A stretch of 15,291 bases of DNA from Candidatus Omnitrophota bacterium (lineage in GTDB: Bacteria; Omnitrophota; Gorgyraeia; JABMRG01; JAFGKX01): assembly GCA_020354945.1 (NCBI GenBank), contig CP070655.1, forward strand, positions 257,465 through 272,755, in the 5' to 3' direction. A program made the position numbers and the translations under genes. Below are positions 7,307-15,286 of the stretch, one piece after another. Under the pieces are notes generated by a model that saw only the letters and a program-made list of their open reading frames with translations, had not been told where the DNA came from and searched no databases. Position 1 is the stretch's first letter. Every line of letters starts with the position of its first letter.

Positions 7307-8461
7307 ATGGACTATCTACTTACAGAAGAACAGGTAATGGTACGAGACTTAGCCCGCCAGATTGCCGAAGAGAAGATTGCTCCTGTTGCTACCCAATATG
7401 ACGAAAGCGGTGAATTTCCCTGGGATATAATAAAGGTAATTGCCGAAAGCGATCTTTTTGGGATTTTTGTGGAAGAAAAATATGGTGGAACCGGCGGCGG
7501 AGTAACGGAATTATGTTTAGCAACCGAAGAGTTTTCAAAGGCCTGCGGCGGCATTGCTGTTTGCTATGCAGCCAGCGCATTAGGGGCATATCCTATAATA
7601 TTATATGGCAGCGAAGAGCAAAAACAGAAATATCTGCCCGATATAGCTCGTGGTAAAAAACTGGCAGCATTTGCATTGACAGAAGCAGGGGCAGGAAGCG
7701 ATGCAGGAGCAGTTGCTACTACTGCGAAAAAAAACGGAGATTTCTTTATTTTGAACGGCACCAAACAGTGGATTACAAATGGCGGAGAAGCTGAAATTTA
7801 TACTGTAATAGCAGTTACTGATAAGACCAGGGGGTCTCGTGGCGCAAGCGCTTTTTTAGTTGAGAAAGGCACCCCCGGTTTTGAATTTGGCAAGAAAGAA
7901 AATAAGATGGGTATTAGAGGCTCTACGACAAGAGAGCTTATATTTAATGATTGCAAAATTCCCAAGAAGAATCTTTTAGCTAAGGAAGGATTTGGATTTA
8001 TAATAGCCATGAAGACATTTGACAAGTCCCGTCCCGGAATTGGAGCACAGGCAGTGGGCATTGCTCAAGGGGCGTTGGACCACGCTGTAAAATATGCTAA
8101 AGAAAGAATCCAATTTGGTAAGCCAATTTCAAGTTTTCAAGGGATACAATTTATGTTAGCTGATATGGCTACCCAGGTTGAGGCCGCCAGGACTTTGGTT
8201 TATTCTGCTGCAAGATATATTGACTCCGGAGCGAAAGATATATCCAAAATTTCAGCCCAGGCAAAACTCTTTGCATCCGATGTATGTATGAAGGTTACTA
8301 CTGATGCTGTGCAAATTTTTGGCGGATATGGTTATATGAAAGAGTATCCGGTTGAAAAATATATGCGCGATGCAAAGATAACCCAGATTTACGAAGGCAC
8401 AAACCAGATTCAACGCAGCATCATCGCCTCCGAACTCATTAAAGAATCTCTGAAGAAATAA
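7307..8461 (+). CDS. Acyl-CoA dehydrogenase (butyryl-CoA dehydrogenase/CarC-like)
   Basis: FALTEAGAGSD, LNGTKQWITNG, QFGKPI..FQ, GGYGY, and catalytic Glu in IYEGTNQIQ. RBS AAGGAG at 7294-7299. Confidence 0.93.
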   Translation: MDYLLTEEQVMVRDLARQIAEEKIAPVATQYDESGEFPWDIIKVIAESDLFGIFVEEKYGGTGGGVTELCLATEEFSKACGGIAVCYAASALGAYPIILYGSEEQKQKYLPDIARGKKLAAFALTEAGAGSDAGAVATTAKKNGDFFILNGTKQWITNGGEAEIYTVIAVTDKTRGSRGASAFLVEKGTPGFEFGKKENKMGIRGSTTRELIFNDCKIPKKNLLAKEGFGFIIAMKTFDKSRPGIGAQAVGIAQGALDHAVKYAKERIQFGKPISSFQGIQFMLADMATQVEAARTLVYSAARYIDSGAKDISKISAQAKLFASDVCMKVTTDAVQIFGGYGYMKEYPVEKYMRDAKITQIYEGTNQIQRSIIASELIKESLKK

Positions 8462-8464
8462 ACG

Positions 8465-8535
8465 TAAGTTATAAGCTATAAGTTTTTTTGTTGCGCTTTA
8501 AGCTTACAGCTTACAACTTAAAACTTACAACTAAC
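8465..8535. repeat. Inverted heptamer tandem array 2
   Basis: TAAGTTA TAAGCTA TAAGTTT, a 15-nt spacer, then AGCTTAC AGCTTAC AACTTAA AACTTAC AACTAAC running up to the etfB ATG. Confidence 0.85.
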
Positions 8536-8537
8536 CC

Positions 8538-9329
8538 ATGGACATAATCGTCTGCATAAAACAAGTTCCTGATACGACTGACATAAAAATTGATCCTGCC
8601 ACCAATACCCTTATCCGCGAGGGAGTAGAATCTATTATAAATCCATTTGATATGTACGCAATAGAAGAAGCGATACGCACAAAGGGGAAACTCGGCGGTA
8701 AGGTAACGGTCGTATCTATGGGGCCTCCACAGGTTGATACGGCCCTTCGTGAAGCAATATCACTTGGATGTGATGAGGCAGTATTGCTTACAGACAAGGC
8801 CTTTGCAGGAAGCGATACATTAGCAACAAGTTATACCCTGGCTGTGGCAATAAAAAAGATCGGCTCATATGATGTAATCTTCTGTGGCAAACAGGCTGCA
8901 GATGGCGATACCGCTCAAGTAGGGCCCGGGATATCTGCCCATTTAGATATACCTCAGGTTACGTATGTTAAAAAGATAGAACAGATACAGAATGGTTTTG
9001 CCAGAGTGGAGCGTATGACCGAAGAAGGATATGAGGTTATAGAAACACCTCTGCCGGCCCTTTTTACAGTTGTTAAAGAGATAAATGAACCTCGCCTGCC
9101 TTCATTAAGAGGCAAGATAGCTGCGAAAAAGACAAAAATTACTACATGGAATGCCAAAGATTTAGTGGTAGATGAGAAACATATAGGCCTTAATGGTTCC
9201 CCCACACAAGTGATTAAGATTTTTGCCCCTCCACCACGAGCAGCAGGAGAGATATTTCATGGCGATACAGAAGAGGTTGTTTTAAAATTAGTTGAGCGTA
9301 TTAAAGATGAGTTAAAACCTAAGTTTTGA
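8538..9329 (+). CDS. etfB: Electron transfer flavoprotein beta subunit (bifurcating type)
   Basis: IVCIKQVPDT, INPFD..AIEEA, FAGSDTLATS, GKQAADGDTAQVGP, NEPRLPS, GLNGSPTQV. Confidence 0.95.
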   Translation: MDIIVCIKQVPDTTDIKIDPATNTLIREGVESIINPFDMYAIEEAIRTKGKLGGKVTVVSMGPPQVDTALREAISLGCDEAVLLTDKAFAGSDTLATSYTLAVAIKKIGSYDVIFCGKQAADGDTAQVGPGISAHLDIPQVTYVKKIEQIQNGFARVERMTEEGYEVIETPLPALFTVVKEINEPRLPSLRGKIAAKKTKITTWNAKDLVVDEKHIGLNGSPTQVIKIFAPPPRAAGEIFHGDTEEVVLKLVERIKDELKPKF

Positions 9330-9345
9330 ATATAGAGAGCTGTTA

Positions 9346-10194
9346 ATGAACTCGAGAGAACGCATCAAAACAATATTCGCGCATAAAACACCGGACAGAA
9401 TGGGCATTTTTGATTTTTTCAATGAGCTCACAATAATTAACTGGAAGAAACAGGGCCTTTTGCCAGATATAGAGCCTGTTGAATATTTTGATTTTGATTT
9501 AGATTTTAGAACTAAAGATTCTGCAAAGGACAAGTTTACATTGTTTTGTTTTAATGGGCCGTTCCAGCAGATGGTATCTACGAAAAACCTGCAGCAGTCT
9601 TTAATAGATTTTACTCGAGAGCCCAGGCACACAAAAGATTTTTTAAAAAGCAGCTTAAATAATATTTTTTCTGAATATAAAAGACAAAAAGAAAAAAGCC
9701 TGCCTGCAGGCAGACAGGGCCATAGGTTTTGTGGCGTCTGGATTTGGGAAGACATAGCCTATGATAACGGCCTTTATTTTTCTATTGAAAAATATAGAAA
9801 ACAACTCTTTGATTTTCATAAGGAGATAAGCTCCTACTTCCAAAATGAAGGGCTTTACGTTGTATTTCACTGCGACGGGAACATTGAACAACTAATACCT
9901 TTTTTGGCAAAGTCGAAATTCTGCGGAATACACCCTTTGCAAGAATTGAGCAATCCCAATATTATCCGAATTAAGAAGGATTTAAAAGGCGAAATAACAT
10001 TTCTGGGCGGAATAGGATTAAACCATCTAAAAGGCCTGCATCAGGATATTTTAGACAGAATAGAGGAACTTAAAGAAGCCGGCGATTATATATTTTGTTT
10101 TGACGGGCCAATACCGCAGGATACAGAATTTAAAACATACCGGAATATATTGGCAAGAATAGAGGCAAACGGGGCCTATAAAGAAAGTTCGTAG
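9346..10194 (+). CDS. Uroporphyrinogen decarboxylase / MtaA-CmuA-like TIM-barrel family protein, short and divergent
   Basis: MNSRERI...HKTPDR N-terminus, GPF, WEDIAY, VFHCDGNI, IHPLQ, ITFLGGI and GDYIF are motifs typical of the URO-D-like superfamily. It is 282 aa, shorter than the usual ~340-360. Confidence 0.7.
   Translation: MNSRERIKTIFAHKTPDRMGIFDFFNELTIINWKKQGLLPDIEPVEYFDFDLDFRTKDSAKDKFTLFCFNGPFQQMVSTKNLQQSLIDFTREPRHTKDFLKSSLNNIFSEYKRQKEKSLPAGRQGHRFCGVWIWEDIAYDNGLYFSIEKYRKQLFDFHKEISSYFQNEGLYVVFHCDGNIEQLIPFLAKSKFCGIHPLQELSNPNIIRIKKDLKGEITFLGGIGLNHLKGLHQDILDRIEELKEAGDYIFCFDGPIPQDTEFKTYRNILARIEANGAYKESS
9699..9718. repeat. 20-bp GC-rich palindromic element (LPAGRQ type) in-frame inside the CDS
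   Basis: CCTGCCTGC-AG-GCAGACAGG, 9-bp arms with one mismatch, in an otherwise very AT-rich gene. Confidence 0.75.
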
Positions 10195-10242
10195 TTGGTA
10201 TTTCGTAGTTGGTAGAAAGAATCTACAAACGACAAACTGACA
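10185..10242. repeat. Inverted heptamer tandem array 3
   Basis: AAGTTCG TAGTTGG TATTTCG TAGTTGG TAG ... TCTACAA ACGACAA ACTGACA. AGTTCGTAGTTGGTA (10186-10200) is identical to 7224-7238. Confidence 0.8.
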
Positions 10243-10263
10243 TGGATATGGCGAAGGTTATAA

Positions 10264-11457
10264 ATGACCGGAATTGAAGTAATTGCAGAGAAATGCGTCG
10301 GATGTAAACTCTGTATCAAAGCCTGCCCTTACAGTGCTATTTATATGAAGGGCAAACTTGCAGTTATTGATATGGCAAAATGCACACTCTGCGGCGCATG
10401 TGTAGATGCTTGTAAATTTGACGCCATTATATTACGCAAAGAAGAAGAACCACAAAAAGATATATCTGAATATAAAGGTGTGTGTATTGTCGCTGAACAA
10501 AAAAAAGGCGTTATCCAGCCTGTTACATATGAACTCTTAGGAAAAGGGAAAGAACTGGCAGATAGGCTTGATGTGCAGCTATCTTCCATATTAATTGGCG
10601 AAAATATGAAAGATAAAACAGACGAACTTATACACCGCGGCGCTGACAGGATATATCTGGTAGATTCTCCAAAGTTAGCCCATTATCAGGATGAGCCATA
10701 TACAAAAATTATAATAGAGCTGATAAAAGAATATAAACCGGAGATTGTACTATGCGGCGCAACTTCGACAGGGCGTTCTTTAATTTCCAGAGTTGCGGTT
10801 AGATTAAAAACAGGGCTGACCGCAGATTGCACCGGTTTAGATATAGATGAAGAAAAGCGCCTTCTGCTTCAGAACCGCCCTGCTTTTGGCGGAAATATTA
10901 TGGCTACGATAATGTGCCCGAACCACAGGCCACAAATGGCTACGGTAAGGCACAAGGTTATGAAAGAGGCGGAAGTTGACACCAGAAGAAAAGGCGAGGT
11001 AATAAAGAAAGATTATTCTGATAAGCTGCTCCAATCGAGGACGAAAACAGTAGATGTGGTTGAGGAAGAGAAAGAAAAAGTAAATCTTTCCGAAGCCGAT
11101 TTTATTGTATCAGGCGGAAGGGGCTTGGGTTGCCCTGAGAATTTTTCCGTTATACAGGAATTGGCAGATACCCTTGGCGCTGCTGTAGGCGCATCCCGCG
11201 CAGCAGTCGATGCCAGCTGGATTTCCTATTCACATCAAGTTGGCCAAACTGGAAAGACAGTCTGTCCAAAGATCTATATTGCTTGTGGAATATCCGGCCA
11301 GATTCAGCATTTAGCCGGGATGTCCTCATCGGATATTATTATAGCGATAAATAAAGATGCAGACGCCCCTATATTTAAGGTAGCAACCTATGGAATAGTC
11401 GGGGATTTATTCCAAATAGTGCCCGCTTTAGTTAAAAAAATAAAAGAACTCACCTAA
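10264..11457 (+). CDS. etfA: Electron transfer flavoprotein alpha subunit with N-terminal 2x[4Fe-4S] ferredoxin domain (CarE-like)
   Basis: CVGCKLCIKACP and CTLCGACVDAC; GLTADC, RPAFGGNIMATI, SGGRG, QVGQTGKTV, GISGQIQH, AINKD. Confidence 0.95.
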   Translation: MTGIEVIAEKCVGCKLCIKACPYSAIYMKGKLAVIDMAKCTLCGACVDACKFDAIILRKEEEPQKDISEYKGVCIVAEQKKGVIQPVTYELLGKGKELADRLDVQLSSILIGENMKDKTDELIHRGADRIYLVDSPKLAHYQDEPYTKIIIELIKEYKPEIVLCGATSTGRSLISRVAVRLKTGLTADCTGLDIDEEKRLLLQNRPAFGGNIMATIMCPNHRPQMATVRHKVMKEAEVDTRRKGEVIKKDYSDKLLQSRTKTVDVVEEEKEKVNLSEADFIVSGGRGLGCPENFSVIQELADTLGAAVGASRAAVDASWISYSHQVGQTGKTVCPKIYIACGISGQIQHLAGMSSSDIIIAINKDADAPIFKVATYGIVGDLFQIVPALVKKIKELT

Positions 11458-11486
11458 AATTTTCTTTTAAAATCCCATTTTTATGC

Positions 11487-11515
11487 TTGACGCCCCCTTC
11501 TATATATAATATAAT
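11487..11515 (+). promoter_or_regulatory. Sigma70-type promoter of smc
   Basis: TTGACG (11487-11492), 17-bp spacer, TATAAT (11510-11515). Confidence 0.7.
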
Positions 11516-11624
11516 AATTATATAAAATACGACGGAAAAGAGTAAATTTAGAAAAAAATCGGTGGTTTTTTTATATCCAGTTACTAAGTAAAGTTTATAA
11601 AGAAAAGAGAAAGTATTTATTATA

Positions 11625-14600
11625 ATGTATTTCAAGAAGTTAGAGCTTTTTGGATTTAAATCTTTTGCCAACAGGACCAGGCTTGTATTTGAACCAGGCA
11701 TTACAGCAGTAGTAGGCCCGAATGGCGTAGGGAAAAGTAATATTGCTGACGCAATCAAATGGGTGCTGGGCGAGCAATCTGCCAAAGAGTTGCGTGGCGG
11801 AAAGATGGAAGATGTCATTTTCAACGGAACCGATACCACCCAGCCAGTCAATATCGCAGAAGTATCATTAATCCTTTCCAATGAAGATAGGAACCTGCCG
11901 ATCGAATATGATGAAATTATTGTAACCCGCCGCGTTTTTCGCTCCGGAGAAAGTGAATACCTGCTTAACAAGACCCAGGTTAGACTAAAAGATATTCAGG
12001 ATTTATTTTTGGGTACAGGTATCGGCACTAACTCATATTCTATTAGCGAACAGGGTAAGATGCAGAAGGTTCTTGATGCCAGGCCCGAGGATAGACGGGG
12101 AATTTTTGAAGAGGCCAGCGGAATAACAAAATATAAAACAAAGAAAAAAGAGGCGTTGAGGAAGCTCGAACATACCGAAAACAATCTTATCAGATTGGCA
12201 GATATAATAAATGAGGCAAAAAGGCAAATAAGTTCGATAGAACGGCAGGCAAAAAAGGCTCAAAAATATCAGCAGGAGTTTGATTGCTTAAAAGAGTTAG
12301 ACACAAAACTATCGTTGCATAAATATAAAAATATAATAGAGCAAAGGGATGCAAAGGATAAAGAGTGCCAACAGTTAAAACACAAACAGAATGTAAATTC
12401 TTGCAAGCTGAATGCCCATACGCAAGGCCTTCGTAATCAAAGAAGGGAATTGACAACTCTGGAGCAGACCCTTTCAGATGCTAGAAACCGCCTTATGAAC
12501 ACCGTAGCTGCCATTGATAAAAATGCCTCTAAAGCGTCATTAAATGAAGAAAGGGTTAAAGAGATTACCTCGCGGCGCACTTCTTTAACTGCGGAAATAG
12601 AACATATGGAAGGCAGAACAGAGTCTCTTAACCAAAAGATAAACCAGATGCAGCAGGCCCTGGATGAATTTGGAAAGCGAAACGACGAGAAGCAAAATGT
12701 AGTCCGGCAGAGACAAAAAAGATTAGAAAAGATTGCATCCGCAACTAAAGAATGCGAGGTCATTATATCCCAGAGTAAGATAGATATAATGGATAATATG
12801 GCTAAACAGTCTAAGGCTAAAAACGAGCTCGCAAAGGTTTCAGCCAATGCCGCATCTTTAAGCCACAGACACAGAAGATTAGCAGCTGAGAAAGAGGCTA
12901 CCTGTAGTCAAATTTCTACATACACCGATAAATTTAAACAGTCAGAATCGGCGTTAAAAAAACAGGTTGAAAAAACAAAGGCCCACCGCGCACAGTTAAA
13001 ACAGTCCCAGGAAAATTTGCAATCGCTTAACAAAGAACATTCTTTGTTAAGCGAATCTATTGCCTCATTTGAGAAGTCGTTGGCGTGTTGTGCTTCCAAA
13101 CTCGAGATTCTTACAAACTTAACCGAGAAGAAAGAAGGTTTACCGGAGGGCGTTAAGGCTTATCTTGAAATGCTGAATGAATCCAAAGAGGCAAAAGATT
13201 CCTTCACTGGCATACTGGCTGATATCATTAAGATAAAACCAGGATATGAAAGGGCCATAGAGGCAGCCATTGGAGATGAACTCAAATCCATTGTGCTGAA
13301 GGACGAGGATGCAGCAATGAAAGCTGTAGATTATCTGGTAAATCAACAGAAAGGAAAAGCCTCATTTATTATTTTAGATAGATGTTCTCAGCATAAGAGA
13401 AGATTCAGTTTCGGCACTGCTCAACCGGCACAGGGGCTTGAGCAGATTATTGATATTGAAGAAGCCCATCAAGGGTTAATCTCTTATTTATTCGATGGTA
13501 TATTTTTTGCTAAAAATATAGAAGAGGCCTTTTCTATTATTAAAAAAAGCAGAGATAGGAATATAAAAGTGGTTACCAAAGATGGCAGCAGTGTTTCTTA
13601 CAACAAAATTGTCGGAGGGGGGCTCGGTTCGCAGGAATATACAGGCATTGCAGGAAGAAGGTTCAGAATAGGACGGTTATCTAAAGAGGTTGACGGCTTT
13701 AAGGGCAAAATTGGGCAGGCTGAACAAAGACGCGAAAGTTTAGTTAAACAGATAAATTCCTGCCAAAAAGATTCAGAATCGAAAGACGCAGTTTTAAGGG
13801 AAGAAGAAAAAATATTAGCTCGAAAGGAAACTGATAAATCCGGATTAGAAGCGGAACTTAAAAAATTAGAAGAAGAATTTAATCTTGTCCGGATGGAATT
13901 AGGCGAGATGTCGCAGCAACGGGAGGAACTTAAAAATACAGAAAACTCCCTCAAAGAGGAGTTAAATAGCTTTGAATCTGAACGCCAAAATTTGCAGGAT
14001 ATTATATCGGCGAAAGAAAAGGCCATAGCATCAAACGCCTCAGAAAAAGATAGCCTGCTAATAAGCTTTACCGAAGCCAAGACCGAGTTATCTTTGCTTT
14101 CCGAGAAATATGCTTCGCAAGAGAATACCCTTAATATGCTAAAGGACTCATTAGATAAGGATGAGCTTAACTTACAGAATAGAAAATCCCAGATAAAAGA
14201 AGGTGAAGAAAGGGTAGAATATTTAAATAGCGAGACACAAAGAATAACTCAGGAGAATGAAATTTTAGAGCAGCAGAAGGGACAATTAAATGGCAAAGTT
14301 GCAGAGTTAGAAAAGATGCGCTACTCAGTAGCCGCAGAGCTTGAAAAAATAGAAGAAGAAACTCAAACCAAACAAAAGGAAATAGATGAATTAAAGAATA
14401 ATACATCTGCTTTGCATATAAATATTACAGAATTAAATTACGAGGCTACCGGTATAAAAGAAAGAATCCGTCAGGCGTATAAGGCAGACCTTGATGAAAC
14501 AGATATAACTTTTACTGAAGATGAAGATTGGGAAAAGGTTGCTCAACAAGTAGAAGAGCTCAAGCTGAAAATTGAAAAGATGGGCCCGGTCAATTTAGTC

Positions 14601-15260
14601 GCTATTGAAGAACACAAAGAGCTACAGGAAAGGTATGATTTTTTGACTTCACAACAGCAGGATTTATTAGATGCCAAGGAATCACTGCACAAGGCAATAA
14701 ATAGAATAAATCGCACCACCCGCAAATTATTTATCGAAACTTTCGAAAAGATAAAGGCCTATTTTAAGGAGTATTTCAGGTTGCTTTTTGGCGGCGGCAC
14801 TGCGGATATATATTTAATAGACCAGGCAGATATATTAGAAAGCGGAATTGAGATAATAGTACGCCCTCCAGGCAAGAAACTTCAGAGCATATCACTTCTT
14901 TCCGGAGGGGAAAAGGCATTGACTTCGATAGCCCTGCTTTTTGCATTATTTAAGGTAAAACCCAGCCCATTTTGTATTTTAGATGAGATAGATGCACCTC
15001 TCGATGAAGCGAATATAGACCGCTTCAGCAGGATATTACAGGAGTTTATTAGTGCATCCCAGTTTATTATGATCACCCACAACAAAAAGACCATATCTAT
15101 CGCTGATGTTATGTACGGCATAACCATGGAAAAAAGCGGTATATCCAAGATTGTTTCCGTTAAATTCGCCCAGGAAGAGATTGATAGGAAGGAAAAAGCA
15201 GCAGAGCGGAAGCAAAAAAAAGTCGTGCCAGGCACGACTTTTAAGAAAGTTCGTTCCTAA
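11625..15260 (+). CDS. smc: Chromosome segregation protein SMC
   Basis: FGFKSF, Walker A GPNGVGKSN, long coiled coils around a hinge, GPVNL, signature LSGGEK, Walker B/D-loop ILDEIDAPLD, ITH; 1211 aa. Confidence 0.97.
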   Translation: MYFKKLELFGFKSFANRTRLVFEPGITAVVGPNGVGKSNIADAIKWVLGEQSAKELRGGKMEDVIFNGTDTTQPVNIAEVSLILSNEDRNLPIEYDEIIVTRRVFRSGESEYLLNKTQVRLKDIQDLFLGTGIGTNSYSISEQGKMQKVLDARPEDRRGIFEEASGITKYKTKKKEALRKLEHTENNLIRLADIINEAKRQISSIERQAKKAQKYQQEFDCLKELDTKLSLHKYKNIIEQRDAKDKECQQLKHKQNVNSCKLNAHTQGLRNQRRELTTLEQTLSDARNRLMNTVAAIDKNASKASLNEERVKEITSRRTSLTAEIEHMEGRTESLNQKINQMQQALDEFGKRNDEKQNVVRQRQKRLEKIASATKECEVIISQSKIDIMDNMAKQSKAKNELAKVSANAASLSHRHRRLAAEKEATCSQISTYTDKFKQSESALKKQVEKTKAHRAQLKQSQENLQSLNKEHSLLSESIASFEKSLACCASKLEILTNLTEKKEGLPEGVKAYLEMLNESKEAKDSFTGILADIIKIKPGYERAIEAAIGDELKSIVLKDEDAAMKAVDYLVNQQKGKASFIILDRCSQHKRRFSFGTAQPAQGLEQIIDIEEAHQGLISYLFDGIFFAKNIEEAFSIIKKSRDRNIKVVTKDGSSVSYNKIVGGGLGSQEYTGIAGRRFRIGRLSKEVDGFKGKIGQAEQRRESLVKQINSCQKDSESKDAVLREEEKILARKETDKSGLEAELKKLEEEFNLVRMELGEMSQQREELKNTENSLKEELNSFESERQNLQDIISAKEKAIASNASEKDSLLISFTEAKTELSLLSEKYASQENTLNMLKDSLDKDELNLQNRKSQIKEGEERVEYLNSETQRITQENEILEQQKGQLNGKVAELEKMRYSVAAELEKIEEETQTKQKEIDELKNNTSALHINITELNYEATGIKERIRQAYKADLDETDITFTEDEDWEKVAQQVEELKLKIEKMGPVNLVAIEEHKELQERYDFLTSQQQDLLDAKESLHKAINRINRTTRKLFIETFEKIKAYFKEYFRLLFGGGTADIYLIDQADILESGIEIIVRPPGKKLQSISLLSGGEKALTSIALLFALFKVKPSPFCILDEIDAPLDEANIDRFSRILQEFISASQFIMITHNKKTISIADVMYGITMEKSGISKIVSVKFAQEEIDRKEKAAERKQKKVVPGTTFKKVRS
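15218..15242. repeat. REP-like palindrome copy 2, inside the smc 3' end
   Basis: AAAAGTCGTGCC-A-GGCACGACTTTT with perfect 12-bp arms; translated within KKVVPGTTFKK. Confidence 0.9.
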
Positions 15261-15263
15261 TAA

Positions 15264-15286
15264 AAAGTCGTGCCAGGCACGACTTT
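15264..15286. repeat. REP-like palindrome copy 3, just after the smc stop
   Basis: AAAGTCGTGCC-A-GGCACGACTTT with perfect 11-bp arms, 45 bp downstream of copy 2. Confidence 0.9.

Noticed and set aside
11552-11572. A7-TC-GGT-GG-T7 as an attenuator or terminator in the smc leader
   Set aside because: The stem is almost entirely A-U with a single G-C pair, too weak to call in an AT-rich region.
13570-13625. SMC hinge motif deviates from GX6GX3GG (DGSSVSYNKIVGGG)
   Set aside because: A single substitution in a variable region, with all ATPase motifs intact, is not enough to claim altered function.
4896-15235. Numerous minus-strand ORFs (e.g. 6123-6740, 9312-9755, 11450-11971, 13598-14080)
   Set aside because: They are antisense shadows of well-supported + strand genes, with no recognisable motifs.
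15218-15286. Two identical palindromic repeats with a ~22-nt spacer as a possible CRISPR array
   Set aside because: There are only two units, one inside smc, the spacer is short, there is no leader or cas gene, and an isolated copy occurs at 3654. A dispersed REP-like element fits better, although the window edge prevents full exclusion.
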